A stretch of 64,000 nucleotides of DNA from an uncultured Syntrophobacteraceae bacterium. GTDB lineage: Bacteria; Desulfobacterota; Binatia; UBA9968. Position numbers and translations under genes: made by a program. Below the pieces are notes generated by a model. It saw only the letters and a list, made by a program, of their open reading frames with translations, did not search any database and was not told the origin of the DNA. Positions 58,751-64,000 of the stretch are shown in pieces; the stretch's first letter is position 1; every line of letters starts with the position of its first letter. The DNA lies in NCBI GenBank assembly GCA_964404195.1, contig CAYOJC010000002.1, positions 38,886 to 102,885 of the forward strand, read 5' to 3'.

Positions 58751-58816
58751 TTGGTTTACATTCGGTTTCTCGGCACCCAAGCGGAGTACGACAAGATCAA
58801 CGCAGAGGAGATTTGA
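58751..58816 (+). pseudogene. HigB-type toxin remnant (last ~21 codons only)
   Basis: LVYIRFLGTQAEYDKINAEEI* matches the conserved C-terminal tail of HigB/COG4680 toxins (...IRFIGTHAEYDKI...). It is preceded in frame by TAG, and its TGA lies 1 nt before the higA ATG. Confidence 0.45.
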
Positions 58817-58817
58817 C

Positions 58818-59168
58818 ATGACGATTAAACCGATCAAAACAGAGCGCGATTACCAGAAGGCGCTTAAGGAGATCAAGAGACTCTGGGATACCAAACCGAA
58901 CAGCCCCAAGGGAGATCGATTGGAGGTGCTGGTTACTTTAGTCGAGGCGTATGAGCGGAAGCATTACAAGATTGAGCCCCCCGATCCAGTTGAGGCCATA
59001 AAGTTCCGCATGGAACAGCTTGGGCTCAAGGCGTCGGACCTCGCTAAAATTCTGGGCGGCCGAAGCCGCGTGTCGGAAGTTCTCAACCGGAAAAGGAAAC
59101 TCACAGTTGATATGATGCGCTCGTTACGGAAGCGCTTGGACATCCCCGCCGAATCGTTGCTGGCCTAA
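58818..59168 (+). CDS. higA: HigA-like HTH antitoxin (COG5499-type)
   Basis: 116 aa. TERDYQKALKEIKRLWDTKPNSPKGDRLEVLVTLVEAYERKHY plus an HTH (GLKASDLAKILGGRSRVSEVLNRKRKLTVDMMRSLRKRLDIPAE). Confidence 0.7.
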   Translation: MTIKPIKTERDYQKALKEIKRLWDTKPNSPKGDRLEVLVTLVEAYERKHYKIEPPDPVEAIKFRMEQLGLKASDLAKILGGRSRVSEVLNRKRKLTVDMMRSLRKRLDIPAESLLA

Positions 59169-59223
59169 GCAGAACTCAGTCCTGCGGTTGACGCCGCCAA
59201 CGCGGCGCACCAGAGCCTCGCTG

Positions 59224-60177
59224 TTAAGACCTCAGCAAAATTTTTCGTGCTCCCGCCTTCCCCGCGTGGGCGACCGCCTCGATTCCTTCACTTAACGGGT
59301 AGACCTTCTCGATCATCGGCGTGACGGCGATTTTTTTCTGCGCGAGCGCGTCGAGTGCCGGAGGAAAGACGCCGCAGCGGGAGCCGATGACGGTGATCTC
59401 GTTGATCACGACGGGAGCGAGGGAAAGCCTGTGCTCTTCGGCGCAAGTGCTTTTGAGCACGAGCGTGCCGCGCGGGCGTACGGCGCTGAGCGCCGTCTCC
59501 AGACCGGAGCTTGAGCCGGTCGCCTCGACGACGATATCCGCCGATTGCGGCTTCCAGTCGGCGAGCAATACCGTGCGGACGCCCGCTGCCTTCGCTAGCC
59601 GCAGTTTGTCGGGATGTTTGCCGACGAGCGTCACGCGCGCGCCCGTGAGCGCAACGACTTGCGCGCAGAGGAGACCCAGCTTGCCGTCGCCGAAAACCAG
59701 AACCTCGCGCGTGAAGTCGATCTCGACCTGTTCGAGGATTTCAAACGCCGCGGCCAGCGGCTCGGTAAAAACCGCCTCTTCGTCGGAGACACCGTCGGGG
59801 ACCAGGTGAAGATTTCGCGCCGGCACGGCCACGGCTTCGGCGAAGCAGCCGTCCGCGCCGAGAATTCCCATGACTTGTCGCTTGGCGCAGTGGCGGCCCA
59901 GCCCGCGCCGGCAAAACTCGCAGCGGCCGCAGGCGAAGTTGATCTCGCCGACGACGCGCTTGCCCATGAACGCGGGCGGCCCTTCGACCGCCTCGCCGAC
60001 GAACTCGTGGCCCGGCACGCCGCGAAATCCCATGTAGCCTTTGAATATCTGTAAATCGGTGGAGCAGATGCCGGCGAGACGCACGCGCACGAGCGCCTGA
60101 TCGCGCACCGGCTCCGGCGACGGCTGCGACGCTTTGAGCGTTAACTTCTGCCCGTCCCAGTAAAGAGCTTTCATGGT
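59224..60177 (-). CDS. zinc-dependent alcohol dehydrogenase family (MDR superfamily) oxidoreductase
   Basis: Start MKALYWDG at 60177; the 5' part of track ORF 59224-60633 is Arg-rich noise. GHEFVGEAVE and CGRCEFC structural-zinc motif, plus a Rossmann fold. Confidence 0.8.
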   Translation of the reverse strand, partial: TMKALYWDGQKLTLKASQPSPEPVRDQALVRVRLAGICSTDLQIFKGYMGFRGVPGHEFVGEAVEGPPAFMGKRVVGEINFACGRCEFCRRGLGRHCAKRQVMGILGADGCFAEAVAVPARNLHLVPDGVSDEEAVFTEPLAAAFEILEQVEIDFTREVLVFGDGKLGLLCAQVVALTGARVTLVGKHPDKLRLAKAAGVRTVLLADWKPQSADIVVEATGSSSGLETALSAVRPRGTLVLKSTCAEEHRLSLAPVVINEITVIGSRCGVFPPALDALAQKKIAVTPMIEKVYPLSEGIEAVAHAGKAGARKILLRS

Positions 60178-60316
60178 TCCAAAAACTGCTTTCCTTGGCG
60201 TGCTTTGCGTCTTTGCGCGAGTCGTGTGGTGTTCCTTCGAGACCTTCGTGTCCTTCGTGGTTAAAATCGTCTCACCACGAAGAGCACGAAGTTTGATGCC
60301 TCCTGCTTGCTGAATC

Positions 60317-61159
60317 CTACCGCGACCACTTCGTCCGTAGCTTCGGCAACTCCTCGCCGTCGACGAAAATCGTCGTCTCGCGCTCTTGAAAGAAGCAGAC
60401 GAGACCTTTGATCTTCGGACACTCGGGAATCGGATCGAGATAGCTCCAGGCGAGGTCCGGAAAGACTTTGCCGCCGATCTCGACCGACCAATAAGACGCG
60501 ATGCCTTTATAAGGACAACGCGAGCTGGTCTCGCTCGACGCCAAAAAATTCTGCCGGATGTCTTCGAGCGGAATGTAGTAGCGGGTGGGATGGCCGGTCT
60601 CGAAGAGAAGCCGCGGCCGGCGCGTATCGGCAACCGTTTCTCCGGCGACCGCGACGCGCACGTGCCGCGAGCTTTGCAGCACGTCGACGCGCTTGTACGG
60701 ATCGCGCGGATGGACGAATATTTCTTCCTCTTCTTCGCGCCACGCGTCCATCAGATTCCATTGAAAGGCGAAATAGCCCCGGATTGCCGACGCCGGCGCC
60801 GGCGGGTCGAGATAACTCCAGGCTGCGTTTTCCGCGGCCTTTAAGCCCACGTGGATGGTCCAGTAAGAAGCGTCGCCTTTATAGGGACAATGAGTTCGAT
60901 GAGCCGTGGAATGCATGAAGTCGATGCTAACGTCTTCGCGGGGGAAATAATAAACCGGCAAGCACTTGCGCTCGCGAAGCAGCAGCGCGCGCTTGCTGTC
61001 GGCGATCGTCTCGCCGCCGAAATCGACGCGCACGCGCCGCGGACTCTGTTCGATGTGGATCCAGTGATCCGAATCTGCGACAGCGGCGTCCTGCGGCCAC
61101 TCGGGAACCATCGATCCCTCGCCGGGAACCGTCTGAAGCGGCTTTGCGCGGTCGGACAT
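60317..61159 (-). CDS. tandem DUF427 domain protein
   Basis: Two copies of the DUF427 pattern (RVRVDFGGETIADSKRALLLRE...CPYKGDASYW; HVRVAVAGETVADTRRPRLLFE...CPYKGIASYW). Confidence 0.7.
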   Translation of the reverse strand: MSDRAKPLQTVPGEGSMVPEWPQDAAVADSDHWIHIEQSPRRVRVDFGGETIADSKRALLLRERKCLPVYYFPREDVSIDFMHSTAHRTHCPYKGDASYWTIHVGLKAAENAAWSYLDPPAPASAIRGYFAFQWNLMDAWREEEEEIFVHPRDPYKRVDVLQSSRHVRVAVAGETVADTRRPRLLFETGHPTRYYIPLEDIRQNFLASSETSSRCPYKGIASYWSVEIGGKVFPDLAWSYLDPIPECPKIKGLVCFFQERETTIFVDGEELPKLRTKWSR

Positions 61160-61161
61160 GA

Positions 61162-61704
61162 TTAATTTTCTTCGCGAAGCGCTTCACCCTTCGCGACGGA
61201 GACCGCCGTCTTCGACAGTGCGACGGGGCTCGGGCGGTCCGACGCGCTGTCGCCGGCGTAAATCCAGCGGACGATCCCAGCGCGATCGACGACGAACGTG
61301 ACGGGATGCGAGATGAGTCCGGCCCAGTGGCCTTCGTTCGCGACGCCGGCCGCGCGGATCAATTCCGCTTTAGGATCCGAGAGGAGGCGGAGCGGATAAG
61401 GATCGAGAGGAATGTGCGGCCGGTCTTCCCGGCAGTCGCGCGTCACGCGCTCGATGAATTTTCTTCCCTCTTCCGCCGGCTCGACGCTGACGCCGAGGAT
61501 CTGGATCTTCTCGGGAACGTATCTCTCAGCTTCGTAAACGAAGGCCGTCACCTGGGCCCGGCACCACGGTCACCAGCGTCCGCGATAGAAAAAGACGACG
61601 GTCGCGGGAGCGCGGGAAAATATTTTTGGCAGCTCGACGGTCGCGCCGTCGATATCATCGAGCCTGGCGGAAGGAAATTTGTCGCCTATCTCCGGTCGGG
61701 GCAT
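61162..61704 (-). CDS. AhpC/TSA-family redoxin with in-frame TGA (61570-61572) at the first Cys of CxxC: selenoprotein candidate (UxxC) or nonsense pseudogene
   Basis: Frame from ATG 61704: MPRPEIGDKFPSARLDDIDGATVELPKIFSRAPATVVFFYRGRW-TGA-PWCRAQVTAFVYEAERYVPEKIQILGVSVEP...HPVTFVVDRAGIVRWIY. Cys-containing homologues read FYRGxWCPYC. The ATG is 4 nt after the upstream gene's stop. The track shows only the downstream GTG-started piece. Confidence 0.55.
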
Positions 61705-61708
61705 AAGA

Positions 61709-63928
61709 TCACGCGCCGCGCAGCGCCGCCAGCACTTTCTCCGCGGTGATCGGCAAGGAATGGATTCTCACTCCCACCGCGTCCTCGACGGCGTTGGCGA
61801 TCGCCGCCGCCACCGGAATGTTGGCGGTCTCGCCGATCGGCATGCTGTTGTACGGCCCGGCGCCCTTGGACTTTTCCATCACCAACGTTTTGAACGCGGG
61901 CACGTCTTTGATCGTGGGAATTTTGTAATCGCCGAAGTGGGTCGTCGTCACCTTGCCGTCGGAGATCATCAGATGCTCCATCAAGGCGTAGCCGATGCCC
62001 ATCATCGCGCCGCCTTCGATCTGCCCCTGGTGCATGAGCGGGTTGATGACCGTTCCGGTGTTGTGCGTCGAGGTGAATTTTCTGAGCTTCACCTGTCCGG
62101 TCTCGGGATCGACTTCCACTTCCGCAACCTGCGCGCACATCGAAGCCTCGTGAACTTTCGAGGTGTCGCTGTAGGCCGCCTCGACCGCGATCGGCGATCC
62201 TTTCGCTCTGACCAGCTCGGCATAGCTCACGCGCCGCCCGCCGCGCCTGGGCATCACGCCGCCCTTGGCGAGCGCGATTTGATCCGGAGTGGTCTTCCAT
62301 TGCTCCGCGGCAACTCTCTTGATCTCTTCGACGGCCTTGACGGCCGCCCGGTAGGCGGCGTTGCCGTAAACGCGCGTCGCCCGGCTGCCGCCGACGCCGG
62401 TGTCCTTCGTGCCGGTCTTGGTATCGAGAATTTCGACTTTGATCTGACTGAGAGGAACTTCCAACTCCTGCCCGATGATCTCGCATAGGAGCGTGTAGGT
62501 TCCCGCGCCCTGATCGAGCATCGCCGAAGAGATCGTCATCATGCCTTGTTCGTCGATCTTGATGGCCACGGTGCCCGAGCCGCCGTTCGGCGTCCATTGA
62601 ACCAGCGCGACGCCGCGGCCGACGTTCTTCGGCTTGGGTTTGTAAAAGCCCGCTTCTTTGAGCGCGCGCCGGAGCGTTTCTTCGGTCTTGATGTAATCGA
62701 CCTTCTCGCCCGTCGGATCCAGGTCGCCGTCGCGCATCAAATTTTTCTGCCGGAACTTGATCCGGTCCATGCCGAGCTTCTTTGCGACGAGATCGAGCTG
62801 GCTCTCGTTGGCGAAAAATCCCTGCGGATCTCCCGGCGCGCGCATGTGGCCGCACGGAATCTTGTTCGTGTAGACCATGTGCTCCTCGATGAGCACGTGC
62901 GGGATTTTATACGGCCCGGCGGAAATATGCGGCCCGCCCAGAAAGGCGTTGGGTTTGAATGCGCCGTAGGCGCCGCTGTCGAAAATAAAATGCATGTGAT
63001 GCGCGACGATCGTGCCGTCTTTCTTGACGCCGGTTTTTACCCGGACGATCGAGGCGTGGCGCGGATTTCCCGCGACGAACTCTTCGTCGTAGTCCATCAC
63101 CATCTTCACCGGCCGCCCGCTCTTCTTCGACATGAAGTAAACCAGCGCGACGTCCATGAAGTCGCCCTTGCCGCCGAAGTCGCCGCCGATATAGCAGGGA
63201 TGCACGACGAGCTTCTGGGAATCGATCCGCGCCGCGTTGGCGACCTGCTCGCGCAGGCCATACGGCACTTTGCTGCACGCCCAAATTTCCGCCGAGCCGT
63301 CCGGCGCCGTCTTGACCACGCACGAATGCGGCTCGATGTAGGCTTGATGGACCGGGTTGGTGAAGAAGGTATTCTCGACGACGACGTCCGCCTGGCGAAA
63401 GCCCTCCTGAATATCCCCCTTCTTCCACGTGACATAGATGAAGTCGTTGGTCGCCGCTTCCAGCTTGTTGGGCAAACCTTTGTAGCCCGGCACGTCGGGA
63501 TGAATAATCGGCGCGGAAGGCTCCATCGCCTTCTCTGGGTCCAGCACCGGCTCCCATTCTTCGTATTCCACCTCGATGAGATTCACCGCTTCCTCGGCGG
63601 TATGCTCGTCGTCCGCCGCGACCGCGGCGACTTTCTCGCCGATGAAGCGGACGAGGCCGTCGGCGAGGATCGGCATGTCGTAGAGCTTTCGGCCGATCTT
63701 GAGGCCGGTCACGTCTTCTCCGGTGAGGACCGCGTGAACGCCCGGCAGCTCCAGCGCGCGGCTCGCGTCGATGCGCTTGATGCGCCCGTAGGGAATCGGA
63801 CTGCGCAGAACTTTGCCCCAGAGCATTCCGGGCAGAGTCACGTCCACGGCGTAGACCGCTTTGCCGGTTACTTTGTCTTCGCCCTCGACGCGCGGCGTCG
63901 GATTGCCTACGACTTTTTTTTGCGCCAT
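61709..63928 (-). CDS. molybdenum hydroxylase large subunit (xanthine dehydrogenase/aldehyde oxidase family), second copy
   Basis: 739 aa with an N-terminal hammerhead (VTGKAVYAVDVTLPGML) and MoCo-binding domains. No adjacent FAD or FeS subunit genes. Confidence 0.85.
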   Translation of the reverse strand: MAQKKVVGNPTPRVEGEDKVTGKAVYAVDVTLPGMLWGKVLRSPIPYGRIKRIDASRALELPGVHAVLTGEDVTGLKIGRKLYDMPILADGLVRFIGEKVAAVAADDEHTAEEAVNLIEVEYEEWEPVLDPEKAMEPSAPIIHPDVPGYKGLPNKLEAATNDFIYVTWKKGDIQEGFRQADVVVENTFFTNPVHQAYIEPHSCVVKTAPDGSAEIWACSKVPYGLREQVANAARIDSQKLVVHPCYIGGDFGGKGDFMDVALVYFMSKKSGRPVKMVMDYDEEFVAGNPRHASIVRVKTGVKKDGTIVAHHMHFIFDSGAYGAFKPNAFLGGPHISAGPYKIPHVLIEEHMVYTNKIPCGHMRAPGDPQGFFANESQLDLVAKKLGMDRIKFRQKNLMRDGDLDPTGEKVDYIKTEETLRRALKEAGFYKPKPKNVGRGVALVQWTPNGGSGTVAIKIDEQGMMTISSAMLDQGAGTYTLLCEIIGQELEVPLSQIKVEILDTKTGTKDTGVGGSRATRVYGNAAYRAAVKAVEEIKRVAAEQWKTTPDQIALAKGGVMPRRGGRRVSYAELVRAKGSPIAVEAAYSDTSKVHEASMCAQVAEVEVDPETGQVKLRKFTSTHNTGTVINPLMHQGQIEGGAMMGIGYALMEHLMISDGKVTTTHFGDYKIPTIKDVPAFKTLVMEKSKGAGPYNSMPIGETANIPVAAAIANAVEDAVGVRIHSLPITAEKVLAALRGA

Positions 63929-63962
63929 TACCCCACCTCTTCAGTGCGCGGATTAATAGGGT

Positions 63963-64000
63963 TGGCTCCCCGGGAGGGACTCGAACCCCCGACCTAGTGA
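63963..64000 (-). tRNA. partial tRNA (3' acceptor strand and T-arm only; anticodon outside window)
   Basis: The reverse complement ends ...GGGGGTTCGAGTCCCTCCCGGGGAGCCA, with a T-loop GGTTCGAGTCC, a 7-nt acceptor strand, a discriminator and an encoded CCA. Confidence 0.6.

Noticed and set aside
60261-60844. Short ORFs (60261-60491 -, 60386-60844 +, 60507-60761 -) overlapping the ADH/DUF427 junction.
   Set aside because: They are Arg-rich antisense or out-of-frame overlaps of the well-supported DUF427 and ADH genes.

Overview
This is a high-GC (about 65%) bacterial chromosomal window with 60-plus protein-coding genes and no rRNA or CRISPR arrays. One partial tRNA sits at the right edge.

Positions 1-19,200 are dominated by a minus-strand catabolic and uptake locus. 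It holds two UbiD-family decarboxylases, a class II aldolase, and a three-subunit molybdenum hydroxylase (large, FAD and 2Fe-2S subunits). It also holds an Fe3+/thiamine-type ABC importer with two fused-domain permeases, one ATPase and four paralogous substrate-binding proteins (SBPs). An asparaginase gene lies on the opposite strand, and the locus ends with 3-hydroxyacyl-CoA dehydrogenase and a truncated thiolase.

Positions 19,200-35,900 are a lower-GC (about 48-58%) genomic island. Its left edge is a decay zone with a truncated thiolase, a transposase C-terminal remnant, a start-less tandem-HTH regulator, a 5'-truncated comM/yifB and a frameshifted AI-2E transporter. Its right edge carries a Phd/RelE-like toxin-antitoxin pair and a second short comM 3' copy abutting an orphan lpxD. 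The two comM 3' fragments form imperfect direct repeats about 14.9 kb apart.

The island carries a multi-PAS histidine kinase and a sigma-54-dependent NtrC-type regulator. Just downstream are a palindromic upstream activating sequence (UAS)-like site and a textbook sigma-54 promoter. That promoter drives a zinc-ribbon gene, which is followed by a general-stress gene set. The set comprises a CsbD-DUF883 fusion, a YqjE-like holin-family protein, a second DUF883 protein, a BON lipoprotein, an HPII catalase, a ferritin-like protein and a YmgE/GlsB protein, plus several very small membrane or zinc-finger ORFs.

The remainder encodes housekeeping and miscellaneous genes. In order these are a CPA2 antiporter with Usp, a bicupin, an MFS transporter, a Dpp-like SBP with two permeases and no ATPase, pyruvate kinase and etfBA. 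Then come a PaaA-family diiron protein, nicotinate phosphoribosyltransferase, an orphan NMT1-type SBP, a DEAD-box helicase, a TIGR03032-TPR-GT9 fusion and a Pmp-like/CSLREA beta-helix protein. Next is a HigA antitoxin cassette bracketed by a 97-nt perfect direct repeat of the 3' end of a zinc-dependent alcohol dehydrogenase (ADH), followed by that ADH and a double-DUF427 protein. Last before the tRNA are a redoxin gene interrupted by an in-frame TGA at the first Cys of its CxxC motif, which makes it a selenocysteine candidate, and a second molybdenum hydroxylase large subunit.

All calls rest on reading the translated ORFs and the nucleotide sequence by eye. No database search was run.
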